This document shows, piece by piece, positions 16,754 to 24,984 of a stretch of DNA of 64,000 nucleotides. The notes beneath the pieces were generated by a model. It saw only the letters and a program-made list of their open reading frames with translations. It did no database searches and had not been told where the DNA came from. Origin of the DNA: Escherichia coli (lineage in GTDB: Bacteria > Pseudomonadota > Gammaproteobacteria > Enterobacterales > Enterobacteriaceae); assembly GCF_013315695.1 (NCBI RefSeq), contig NZ_CP054353.1; one strand, written 5' to 3'. Position 1 is the stretch's first letter. Every line of letters starts with the position of its first letter. A program made the position numbers and the translations under genes.

Positions 16754-17731
16754 TCACCCCCTGAATCCCGGCGGTATTTCAGTGTCCGGTTCAGAAATGT
16801 GATTCACGCAACGCTGCGCAGGCGAACGCCCCAGGCGGATAACCAGTTCATCCCATTTTTCCCGGAGTTTTGCCGGACTCATGATGTTTTTTACCCAGAA
16901 CGAATCCCGCTGGAGACGCCCAAACATTTCACAAATTTGTCTGTGAGTTCTGCCATCCAGCATCCGCATTGTGCGAACGTCATTGGCCCATGCTGTCCAG
17001 TTGGGTTCTTTCGGTCTAGTGATCTCGCCATCATAGCTGGCCGCCTGCTCGTAAAGACTCACGATTCGTCCCCAGATCCACTGTGCGCACACCAAATCTT
17101 CCTGACTTCCCCACTGGCGTTTTTTCGCACTGAACACAACCGCGTCAGGGTGTCGGGTTAAAAAATCCTGTTCAGCCGTCTGCGGGTCCGGTTGCGAAGC
17201 GTCCGGACAAGAAGATCTTTTATCTGACGGATCAGGTTTTAATACTGACGGATCGGGGTCAATCATCGCCCCCCTAATCGGCAGTTTTTTATCAACAGTT
17301 GATCCATCAAAATTTGACGGGTCAACCGTTGAGGGGTCAATATTTGACGGGTCAACTGTTAACGGGTCATTTTTTGCCGGGCTAATTTTTCTTTTCGGTT
17401 TATATGACTCACGCGCCGCCGCCGCAGCTGCTTCGAGTTTTTCCACATTAAGCCGATAGATATTGCTTACATTACGCCCACCGACCTTACGCTCTTCCTT
17501 CGTCAGCCAGCCCTCTTTCGCCAGTTCTGCAATAGCCGATTTCACTGTGGATTCACTTCTTGCACCGATCTGACGCCGGATAGTTTCAATGGCAGGCCAT
17601 GACACGCCCTCGTCATTGCTGTAGTCTGCAAGACGGGCCATAACCGCCACCCTGGATAAGATCATGCCGGTGAAGGCGCACCCTTCCCAGACAAGACCAT
17701 GAAGCTTGCTGCTCATAAAACCCCCGAACAC
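16754..17731 (-). CDS. phage replication initiator, O-like (YdaU-like)
   Basis: 325-aa product with N-terminal HTH-like region; central repeated peptide DPSNIDPSTVDPSNFDGSTVD encoded by DNA iterons; immediately upstream of the DnaC-like gene. Confidence 0.6.
   Translation of the reverse strand: MFGGFMSSKLHGLVWEGCAFTGMILSRVAVMARLADYSNDEGVSWPAIETIRRQIGARSESTVKSAIAELAKEGWLTKEERKVGGRNVSNIYRLNVEKLEAAAAAARESYKPKRKISPAKNDPLTVDPSNIDPSTVDPSNFDGSTVDKKLPIRGAMIDPDPSVLKPDPSDKRSSCPDASQPDPQTAEQDFLTRHPDAVVFSAKKRQWGSQEDLVCAQWIWGRIVSLYEQAASYDGEITRPKEPNWTAWANDVRTMRMLDGRTHRQICEMFGRLQRDSFWVKNIMSPAKLREKWDELVIRLGRSPAQRCVNHISEPDTEIPPGFRG
17220..17400. repeat. replication-origin-like iteron array inside the O-like gene
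   Basis: Repeated TGACGGGTCAA-type units (TTGACGGGTCAACCG, TTGACGGGTCAACTG, CTGACGGATCGGGGTCAAT, GTTGAGGGGTCAAT, GTTAACGGGTCA) followed by an AT-rich tract. Confidence 0.6.
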
Positions 17732-17738
17732 CGTGCTT

Positions 17739-18164
17739 TTAGTGCATCACCACAGCATTCCCTGCCGGGCCGCCGCGATTCATCTGGTCATACAAAACAA
17801 CCGCTGACGCAACAAAATCATCGACATCCTTCACCAGCCGATCCCTCCGTTCGACGATCTCACGGTAATATTCAGAACTGTGGCTGCGCATACGGGCCAC
17901 CAGCAAAGGCGGCATCGCCTTTTCGATCGCCGGTAACAGAGCCTGCATTTTTTCAACAGCATCAGGGGGGGCTTTCTCTACCCAGCGGAAAATTTTCTGG
18001 GTATTGCGAGCCAGGGCTTCCGGATGGCTGTCGTCATACAGTTCCGGGAACGTCATACCCAACTCAAAATAAGCCTGGGTTATTCCAGCTGCTGGAACTT
18101 TTTCGCCATCAGGACGCGCCCAGGCATTCATCGCCATGCGGATGTGTTCATGCTTGATTTTCAT
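17739..18164 (-). CDS. YdaT-like CII-type regulator
   Basis: 141-aa product MKIKHEHIRMAMNAWARPDGEKVPAAG...; position after the cro-like gene; assignment from my recall of Rac YdaT. Confidence 0.6.
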   Translation of the reverse strand: MKIKHEHIRMAMNAWARPDGEKVPAAGITQAYFELGMTFPELYDDSHPEALARNTQKIFRWVEKAPPDAVEKMQALLPAIEKAMPPLLVARMRSHSSEYYREIVERRDRLVKDVDDFVASAVVLYDQMNRGGPAGNAVVMH

Positions 18165-18429
18165 GAATCAAGCTCCTAGAAAGTGGTTGTGTTAACGTTT
18201 TGGTATCTTCCAGCTCGGGCCAAATATTCATCCAATCAAAAGGCCTTAGTTGCTGACGTGTAACTTCACCATTACTGGCTCGCTCAATAAGGACACATAA
18301 CGATGCCCCTAACACTTGACCTTTACTCAATGCCTTTCTTAGATAACCGATGCTGGTACCACACTCGCATGCAAACATACGCTGTTCATCTGACGAAAGA
18401 GAATTGAGAAATATTCTTAATTCTTCCAT
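18148..18429 (-). CDS. Cro-like HTH regulator (YdaS-like)
   Basis: 93-aa ORF divergent from the repressor gene; first gene of the minus-strand early operon. Confidence 0.55.
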   Translation of the reverse strand: MEELRIFLNSLSSDEQRMFACECGTSIGYLRKALSKGQVLGASLCVLIERASNGEVTRQQLRPFDWMNIWPELEDTKTLTQPLSRSLIHENQA

Positions 18430-18458
18430 AGCTACTCCTTAGTAAACACAGCAAAGAA

Positions 18459-18536
18459 TACCCACAGGTAAACAAAAGCCAATACCCACAGGTTGTTTAC
18501 CTTGCGGTAATCGCATCTATTATTTACCTATGGACA
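18459..18536. promoter_or_regulatory. OR-like operator cluster between cro-like and repressor genes
   Basis: Three TACC-N4-GGTA-type sites: TACCCACAGGTA (18459-18470), TACCCACAGGTT (18483-18494), TACCTATGGACA (18525-18536, overlapping the repressor ATG). Confidence 0.55.
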
Positions 18537-18949
18537 AATATGAATTTAGACGACAGCAACTCATCAAAATTCGTGATGAGAAATGCGATGGTAAAGCGGT
18601 TAACGTGGCCAGAAAGATCGGGCGCGAGCCTTCTTATGTATCAAGAATGTTGTACCCAGAGGGGAAAAAGGGAAAAAAACGGATCGCTGATGATATGGTG
18701 GAGATTATCGAAGAGTCCTTTGGGTTACCCCGGGGATGGATGGATGGTATCGTTTCATCATCAACGAACACAGCCTCCAGTTATGAAACAAGGGTTCTAA
18801 CGCCACGACAACGTATTTTTTTAGATCTCTTAGACGAACTGCCAGAAAGTGAAGCGGATAAATTATTAAAAACTCTTGAAGAGAAAAAACAGTATTACAA
18901 TATGATCTACGAAGAAATCCGTAAAAAGAAAGCACAAAACGCATCATAG
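18530..18949 (+). CDS. prophage repressor (CI-like, HTH)
   Basis: 139-aa ORF divergent from the cro-like gene; N-terminal HTH-like segment AVNVARKIGREPSYVSRMLY. Confidence 0.55.
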   Translation: MDKYEFRRQQLIKIRDEKCDGKAVNVARKIGREPSYVSRMLYPEGKKGKKRIADDMVEIIEESFGLPRGWMDGIVSSSTNTASSYETRVLTPRQRIFLDLLDELPESEADKLLKTLEEKKQYYNMIYEEIRKKKAQNAS

Positions 18950-18990
18950 CTCACCAAACAACTAGTCACCAGTTAAGACACCGCAAAATT

Positions 18991-19027
18991 TACCCATGGG
19001 TATTTACTTTTTAAATACCTATGGGTA
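18991..19027. promoter_or_regulatory. OL-like operator pair downstream of the repressor gene
   Basis: Perfect palindrome TACCCATGGGTA (18991-19002) and TACCTATGGGTA (19016-19027), same TACC-N4-GGTA architecture as the OR sites. Confidence 0.55.
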
Positions 19028-19213
19028 TCCTTCTTTTCATACCAACCCACCCCGCCCCACAGAATGCAGGGCAATACTTCGAGTTACCAGGCAGTGGTCA
19101 GGGGTTAAGTAGCCAGCCCGAGGCGTAAGAACATGACGGCAGGGTTCAACTTTAATAACTATGCAGCAGGTTTTTGTTCCGCTACCCCGGCGTTAAGGGG
19201 AAATGAGGTCAGC

Positions 19214-19366
19214 ATGGATACTATCGATCTTGGCAACAGCGAATCTCTGGTATGTGGCGTGTTCCCCAACCAGGACGGTACGTTCACCGCGATGACGTAT
19301 ACCAGAAGCAAAACGTTTAAAACTGAAGCTGGCGCGCGTCGCTGGTTAACCAGAAACACTGACTGA
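19214..19366 (+). CDS. small early-left protein (50 aa)
   Basis: ATG with GAGG 5 nt upstream; C-terminal Arg-rich stretch; ORF-track ORF starts earlier at 19133. Confidence 0.4.
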   Translation: MDTIDLGNSESLVCGVFPNQDGTFTAMTYTRSKTFKTEAGARRWLTRNTD

Positions 19367-19377
19367 TGAGGTTGACG

Positions 19378-19779
19378 ATGGAATTTAAAGATTTACCAGT
19401 ACCATTCCAGGAAATGGCATCGAATGTGGTTCGCTCTCAACTGGCGACTCTTGACCTGAGTACCGTAGAAAAGGAAACCATCGATACTATATCCGGTAAC
19501 GTGCGTCGTGCCTTTATAGGTCTGTATGAAGAGAAGCGCCTATTCGGCGGACAGAATTCGCCTGAAAACAAGAATCAAGCAAATGATGAGAAGCTGAAAC
19601 ACATTATCGCCTTACTTTTGGAAGACGCAAAACGTCTACAGCAACTGGAACCAAATGCAGGCACAGAGGCCCGCATTTGGATTGCCATGAAATCACTCAA
19701 ATGTGAAAGCAGTGATTATTTCAAAACAACAATTAAAACTACTCAACTTTCGGGAGAGCTACTGAAGAAATTGCCATAA
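19378..19779 (+). CDS. hypothetical early-left protein (133 aa)
   Basis: ATG with GAGG upstream, 12 nt after the previous stop; no recognised domain. Confidence 0.45.
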   Translation: MEFKDLPVPFQEMASNVVRSQLATLDLSTVEKETIDTISGNVRRAFIGLYEEKRLFGGQNSPENKNQANDEKLKHIIALLLEDAKRLQQLEPNAGTEARIWIAMKSLKCESSDYFKTTIKTTQLSGELLKKLP

Positions 19780-20017
19780 GAGCATGGTCTTTCTCTTGTT
19801 CTGCAAGATGAGCATTAATACCTGGTATGGTTTTTTCAAATTTATCTATCTGTTGAATAACAACTTCGCGGTATACGTTTGTTTTTGTACCACCAAGCGC
19901 AGCCGTTAATGCAGAAAGCATATTTAGTATCATATCAGTGCGATATGAAAGAATCCTGATAGCTTCATCTTGTTCTTCAATAATAGATTGCAGGGCCTCA
20001 ATTTGCTTTTTATCCAT
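19739..20017 (-). CDS. hypothetical coiled-coil-like protein (92 aa), antisense to the early-left operon
   Basis: ATG preceded by perfect AGGAGG at 5-nt spacing; overlaps the 3' end of the convergent 133-aa gene by 41 bp; ORF-track ORF extends to 20056. Confidence 0.5.
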   Translation of the reverse strand: MDKKQIEALQSIIEEQDEAIRILSYRTDMILNMLSALTAALGGTKTNVYREVVIQQIDKFEKTIPGINAHLAEQEKDHALMAISSVALPKVE

Positions 20018-20588
20018 TTCACCCTCCTGAGGGTTGGTAATTAAGGAGTTCTCCACGGGTCAGGTGGAGTGCGTGCGCCGGACACGGGTGAGCATCCGGC
20101 ACTGACAGCTTACTGAAAGGATATGTCCCTGAAAAGTCAGGGCATAACGCGAAAGCGCACGGCGAAATTGGTCTCTCTGTACGGTGTCGTTAAATTTAGT
20201 TCGACCGTGCGCTTCCGGTTGTGGCACTCCGCGAAATGGCGCGGCGGTAAGTATGGCTGGGGTTTCCTCCATTGCTCCAGAAAATGCACCGGGTTGTCAG
20301 GTTGACCATACGCTTAAGTGACAACCCCGCTACAACGCCCTCTGTTATCAATTTTCTGGTGACATTTGGCGGTATCAGTTTTACTCCGTGACTGCTCTGC
20401 CGCCCTTTTTAAAGTGAATTTTGTGATGCGGTGAATGCGGCTATGCGCACGCGGAACAGTTAAAGCAGTAAGGCGGTATTTTACGGGCGTAACGAGCATC
20501 AACTAACCCGGCGTTAATTGTTAACTGGTTAACGTCACCTGGAGGCACCAGGCACTGCATCACAAAATTCATTGTTGAGGACGCGATA

Positions 20589-20777
20589 ATGGAAACGTTA
20601 TTACCAAACGTTAATACGTCTGAAGGTTGTTTTGATATTGGTGTTCTGCTCAGTAACCGGGAGTTTACTGAAGATGCCATTAATATGAGGAAATATGAGC
20701 CTTATCTGCTCAATGATAATTCCATACTTTCCCGAATTGCTCTTCTTGAACTTGGTATTTTCGGAGAACGTCAATGA
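20589..20777 (+). CDS. hypothetical small protein (62 aa)
   Basis: AT-rich ORF with GAGGA upstream; stop overlaps next start (ATGA). Confidence 0.4.
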   Translation: METLLPNVNTSEGCFDIGVLLSNREFTEDAINMRKYEPYLLNDNSILSRIALLELGIFGERQ

Positions 20778-20962
20778 CTTCAGCATTTGCACTGATGATG
20801 ACGGTTTTTCTTATAACGGGTGAATCACAGAATGTGATTACCGGAATTTATGCAAGTAAAGAATCCTGCCTCCAGGCAAGAGACGAGCAAAAAATTTCTG
20901 GTGAATGCCTCCCGCTAAAAAAAGTATCGCTGTACCTGAATAACGAAACACCGGCTGGATAA
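20774..20962 (+). CDS. hypothetical small protein (62 aa) with N-terminal hydrophobic segment
   Basis: Translationally coupled to the preceding ORF; N-terminus MTSAFALMMTVFLITG is signal/TM-like. Confidence 0.4.
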   Translation: MTSAFALMMTVFLITGESQNVITGIYASKESCLQARDEQKISGECLPLKKVSLYLNNETPAG

Positions 20963-21057
20963 CCCTCCAGCCATATTAACACCATACCAACGGATTAAAA
21001 ATGCCAGCAATGGCAGGGATTCGTTCACCCTGAAATCTGTAATGAGGTTAAAACAAA

Positions 21058-23529
21058 ATGAGTAAGGTCTTTATTTGCGCTGCTATTCCTGATGAACAGG
21101 CCATAAAAGAAGATAGCGCTGTTGCGGTGGCCACTGCCATTGAAGCTGGTGATGAGCGTCGCGCACGCGCAAAATTTCATTGGCAATTTCTGGAGCAATT
21201 CCCTGCAGCTCAGGACTGCGCTTATAAATTTATTGTCTGTGAGGATAAACCCGGCATACCCCGCCCTGCCCTCGATTCCTGGGATGCTGAATATATGCAG
21301 GAAAACCGCTGGGATGAGGAGTCTGCTTCCTTTGTCCCGGTTGAGACTGAATCCGATCCGATGAACGTCACTTTTGACAAGCTGGCCCCTGAAGTACAGA
21401 ACGCTGTCATGGTTAAGTTCGACACATGTGAAAACATCACCGTTGATATGGTTATTAGCGCACAGGAATTGTTGCAGGAAGACATGGCAACATTCGACGG
21501 ACATATCGTTGAAGCGTTGATGAAAATGCCAGAAGTTAACGCCATGTATCCGGAGCTTAAGCTGCATGCCATCGGGTGGGTTAAGCATAAATGTAAGCCT
21601 GGTGCCAAATGGCCCGAAATTCAGGCAGAGATGCGCATCTGGAAAAAACGTCGCGAAGGTGAACGTAAGGAAACCGGAAAATACACGTCTGTTATTGATC
21701 TCGCCCGCGCCAGAACCAATCAACAGCACAGTGAAAATTCAACAGGAAAAATCAGCCCGGTCATTGCTGCCATTCATCGCGAATACAAGCAGACATGGAA
21801 AACACTGGATGACGAACTGGCCTACGCTCTCTGGCCTGGTGATGTGGATGCCGGAAACATTGACGGCAGCATCCATCGCTGGGCAAAAAATGAAGTTATC
21901 GACAACGACCGCGAAGACTGGAAGCGTATCTCGGCATCAATGCGCAAACAGCCTGATGCCCTTCGCTACGACCGCCAAACTATTTTTGGCCTTGTCCGTG
22001 AGCGTCCGATCGACATTCACAAAGATCCCGTAGCACTGAACAAATATATCTGCGAATACCTGACGACAAAGGGCGTGTTTGAGAATGAAGAAACAGACCT
22101 GGGCACTGTTGATGTTCTCCAGTCATCAGAAACACAAACTGATGCAGTGGAAACTGAGGTATCTGATATCCCAAAAAATGAAACCGCGCCGGAAGCTGAA
22201 CCATCTGTAGAGCGTGAGGGGCCGTTCTATTTCCTCTTCGCAGATAAGGACGGAGAAAAATGCGGTCGCGCAAACAAACTTTCTGGTCTGGATAAGGCAC
22301 TGGCTGCTGGCGCCACTGAAATCACAAAAGAAGAATATTTTGCCCGAAAAAATGGCACATACACGGGCTTACCGCAAAATGTAGATACCGCTGAAGATTC
22401 AGAACAACCAGAGCCGATAAAAGTTACCGCTGACGAAGTAAACAAAATTATGCAGGCAGCCAATATCAGCCAGCCTGACGCCGATAAGTTGCTTGCTGCA
22501 TCACGTGGTGAATTTGTTGAAGGGATTAGTGACCCGAATGATCCGAAATGGGTTAAGGGGATCCAGACCCGCGATTCTGTGAACCAGAACCAGCATGAAT
22601 CGGAACGGAACTACCAAAAAGCGGAACAAAACAGCCCAAATGCGTTACAAAACGAGCCAGAAACGAAACAGCCTGAACCAGTGGCGCAACAGGAAGTGGA
22701 AAAAGTCTGCACCGCCTGCGGTCAGACCGGCGGCGGCAACTGCCCTGATTGTGGCGCGGTGATGGGCGACGCAACATACCAGGAAACATTCGATGAAGAG
22801 TATCAGGTTGAAGTTCAGGAAGATGATCCGGAGGAAATGGAAGGCGCTGAACATCCACACAAGGAGAACACTGGCGGCAATCAGCATCACGATAGCGATA
22901 ATGAAACTGGCGAGACGGCAGATCGCTCAATTAAGGTGAACGGTCATCACGAAATCACATCCACCAGCAGGACGTGTGACCATCTAATGATCGACCTTGA
23001 AACCATGGGAAAAAATCCTGATGCCCCGATCATCTCAATAGGTGCAATATTTTTCGATCCGCAAACCGGAGATATGGGACCGGAATTTAGTAAGACTATC
23101 GATCTGGAAACTGCTGGCGGAGTCATTGATCGGGACACCATTAAATGGTGGCTTAAGCAATCACGCGAAGCGCAATCTGCCATTATGACCGATGAAATCC
23201 CGTTAGATGATGCACTGTTACAATTGCGGGAATTTATCGACGAAAACTCCGGTGAATTTTTTGTTCAGGTTTGGGGAAATGGAGCCAACTTCGACAACAC
23301 GATTTTGCGCCGTTCATACGAACGGCAGGGGATCCCCTGCCCGTGGCGTTACTACAACGATCGCGATGTACGCACAATCGTTGAGCTGGGGAAAGCCATA
23401 GACTTCGATGCCAGAACGGCTATTCCATTCGAAGGTGAGCGCCATAATGCACTTGATGACGCCCGTTACCAGGCAAAATACGTTTCAGTTATCTGGCAAA
23501 AACTGATCCCGAGTCAGGCTGATTTTTAA
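21058..23529 (+). CDS. prophage exonuclease (823 aa) with C-terminal DnaQ-like DEDDh 3'-5' exonuclease domain
   Basis: C-terminal motifs MIDLETMG (Exo I), GNGANFDNTIL (Exo II), HNALDDARY (Exo III); central zinc-ribbon-like CTACGQTGGGNCPDCG; long acidic region; early-left operon position of recE. Confidence 0.6.
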   Translation: MSKVFICAAIPDEQAIKEDSAVAVATAIEAGDERRARAKFHWQFLEQFPAAQDCAYKFIVCEDKPGIPRPALDSWDAEYMQENRWDEESASFVPVETESDPMNVTFDKLAPEVQNAVMVKFDTCENITVDMVISAQELLQEDMATFDGHIVEALMKMPEVNAMYPELKLHAIGWVKHKCKPGAKWPEIQAEMRIWKKRREGERKETGKYTSVIDLARARTNQQHSENSTGKISPVIAAIHREYKQTWKTLDDELAYALWPGDVDAGNIDGSIHRWAKNEVIDNDREDWKRISASMRKQPDALRYDRQTIFGLVRERPIDIHKDPVALNKYICEYLTTKGVFENEETDLGTVDVLQSSETQTDAVETEVSDIPKNETAPEAEPSVEREGPFYFLFADKDGEKCGRANKLSGLDKALAAGATEITKEEYFARKNGTYTGLPQNVDTAEDSEQPEPIKVTADEVNKIMQAANISQPDADKLLAASRGEFVEGISDPNDPKWVKGIQTRDSVNQNQHESERNYQKAEQNSPNALQNEPETKQPEPVAQQEVEKVCTACGQTGGGNCPDCGAVMGDATYQETFDEEYQVEVQEDDPEEMEGAEHPHKENTGGNQHHDSDNETGETADRSIKVNGHHEITSTSRTCDHLMIDLETMGKNPDAPIISIGAIFFDPQTGDMGPEFSKTIDLETAGGVIDRDTIKWWLKQSREAQSAIMTDEIPLDDALLQLREFIDENSGEFFVQVWGNGANFDNTILRRSYERQGIPCPWRYYNDRDVRTIVELGKAIDFDARTAIPFEGERHNALDDARYQAKYVSVIWQKLIPSQADF

Positions 23530-23593
23530 TGTTCAACCCCGGTCGTTGCCCACCAGCTATAGTGGCGGCGACCATGATTAGCGAACGACGCCC

Positions 23594-23842
23594 ATGGCAA
23601 GACTTATTCTGCTCACTGAGTGGGCAAAAGAGGAATTCAGTGAACCGGTCCCTACTCCGAGTACGTTAAGTAAATACGCTAAAGCCGGAATGATATTTCC
23701 TCTCCCCAAAAAAGTTGGAAGACGCTGGCGAGTGGATCCGCAAGCTCGCTTTGTCGGAATGGTAAACAAGCCGGAGGTGATCGCCACAGATCACCCTGCT
23801 TTGAAGAGGATACTGGAAGATGGCGCGCCCGCGAAAATATAA
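23594..23842 (+). CDS. xis: excisionase (Xis-like)
   Basis: 82-aa ORF immediately upstream of and overlapping the integrase gene; contains ...GMIFPLPKKVGRRWRVDP... Confidence 0.6.
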   Translation: MARLILLTEWAKEEFSEPVPTPSTLSKYAKAGMIFPLPKKVGRRWRVDPQARFVGMVNKPEVIATDHPALKRILEDGAPAKI

Positions 23843-24950
23843 AACCGATGTTCCGGGATTATCTCCGTATTTTGACAAAAGAAATAACAAAGTTTACTGG
23901 CGTTACAGGCATCCCATAACAGGCAAAAATCACGGTCTCGGCAGTATTGACCAGAAACTGGCAGAAACTATTGCAGCAGAAGCGAACAGCCGTCTTGCCC
24001 GGCAGCAAATGGAACAAATGCTCAGTCTGCAGGAGAAAATTATTAGTGATACCGGCGGTTCATCAACCGTTACCATTTTTCTGAATAATTACAGAAAAAT
24101 TCAACAGGAAAGATATGAAAACGGCGAGATCAAACTCAACACGCTGAAACAGAAAGCAGCTCCTCTCAGGGTATTTGATGAACGTTTTGGCACCAGACCG
24201 TTAGATGCCATAACCGTAAAAGATGTGGTATCAGTACTGGAAGAGTACAAGGCCAGAGGACATAACAGAATGGGACAAATTTTCAGGAAAGTACTGATCG
24301 ATGTTTTCCGGGAAGCTCAGCAAACGGGCGATGTCCCGCCAGGCTTTAACCCTGCAGAATCGGCAAAAAAACCGCAGGTGCGGATATCAAGACAGCGACT
24401 GACTTTTGATGAGTGGATGATGATTTATAACGCAGCGGAAAAGGATGGTTACTTTTTACAGCGCGGTATGCTGCTGGCACTGATGACAGGCCAGCGCCTT
24501 TCAGATATTTGCAAAATGCAATTTTCGGATATCCGGGATGGTTATCTTCATGTCGAACAGCAAAAAACAGGAACCCGGATTGCCATCCCTCTGGCTCTGC
24601 GTTGCGATAAATTAAATCTCACCCTGGATGATGTGGTGTCATCCTGCCGCGATTGCGTTCTTAGTCCGTGGCTATTGCACCACCATCACGCGAAAGGGAC
24701 AGCTAAGCGCGGCGGGATGGTTAAGCCAGCAACATTAACCGTTGCATTTAAAAAAGCCCGGGATTCTGTGGATTACAACTGGCGTGCTAATGGCACCCCT
24801 CCCTCTTTCCATGAGCAGAGATCTTTATCAGAGCGATTGTTCAGAGAGCAGGGGGTTGATACCAAAATTTTGCTAGGCCATTCGAATCAAAAAATGACCG
24901 ATATTTACAACGACGCACGCGGTAAGGAATGGAAAAAACTGGTCATTTGA
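23820..24950 (+). CDS. int: tyrosine site-specific integrase (lambda Int family)
   Basis: 376-aa product; C-terminal catalytic-domain pattern (...RLSDICKMQFSDI...HEQRSLSERLF...LLGHSNQKMTDIY...) consistent with a tyrosine recombinase. Confidence 0.9.
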   Translation: MARPRKYKTDVPGLSPYFDKRNNKVYWRYRHPITGKNHGLGSIDQKLAETIAAEANSRLARQQMEQMLSLQEKIISDTGGSSTVTIFLNNYRKIQQERYENGEIKLNTLKQKAAPLRVFDERFGTRPLDAITVKDVVSVLEEYKARGHNRMGQIFRKVLIDVFREAQQTGDVPPGFNPAESAKKPQVRISRQRLTFDEWMMIYNAAEKDGYFLQRGMLLALMTGQRLSDICKMQFSDIRDGYLHVEQQKTGTRIAIPLALRCDKLNLTLDDVVSSCRDCVLSPWLLHHHHAKGTAKRGGMVKPATLTVAFKKARDSVDYNWRANGTPPSFHEQRSLSERLFREQGVDTKILLGHSNQKMTDIYNDARGKEWKKLVI

Positions 24951-24984
24951 TGACCAGTTTTGCAGAGGGGTTTTGCAGAGAAAA
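24951..24984. other. prophage-host junction (att region) between int stop and ompW stop
   Basis: 34-bp spacer containing the direct repeat TTTTGCAGAG x2; preceded by palindrome GGTCATTTGATGACC spanning the int stop. Confidence 0.4.

Larger units (their letters stand above)
3690..24984. mobile_element. defective lambdoid (Rac/Qin-like) prophage: lysis, late-regulation, nin, replication, immunity, early-left and int/xis modules; no morphogenesis genes
   Basis: Contiguous phage-type gene order from IS1 right end to the int-ompW junction; no terminase, capsid or tail ORFs anywhere in the window. Confidence 0.85.

Noticed and set aside
16313-17161. 282-aa plus-strand ORF antisense to the DnaC-like and O-like genes
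   Set aside because: Overlaps two well-supported replication genes on the other strand; His/Arg/Pro-rich low-complexity translation.
20057-20588. Retron (msr/msd) or CRISPR array in the hairpin-rich stretch
   Set aside because: No reverse transcriptase or cas genes nearby and no regularly spaced identical repeats; the structure is irregular hairpins rather than repeat-spacer units.
21025-21729. 234-aa minus-strand ORF overlapping the start of the exonuclease gene
   Set aside because: Antisense to a gene with clear catalytic motifs; no independent support.
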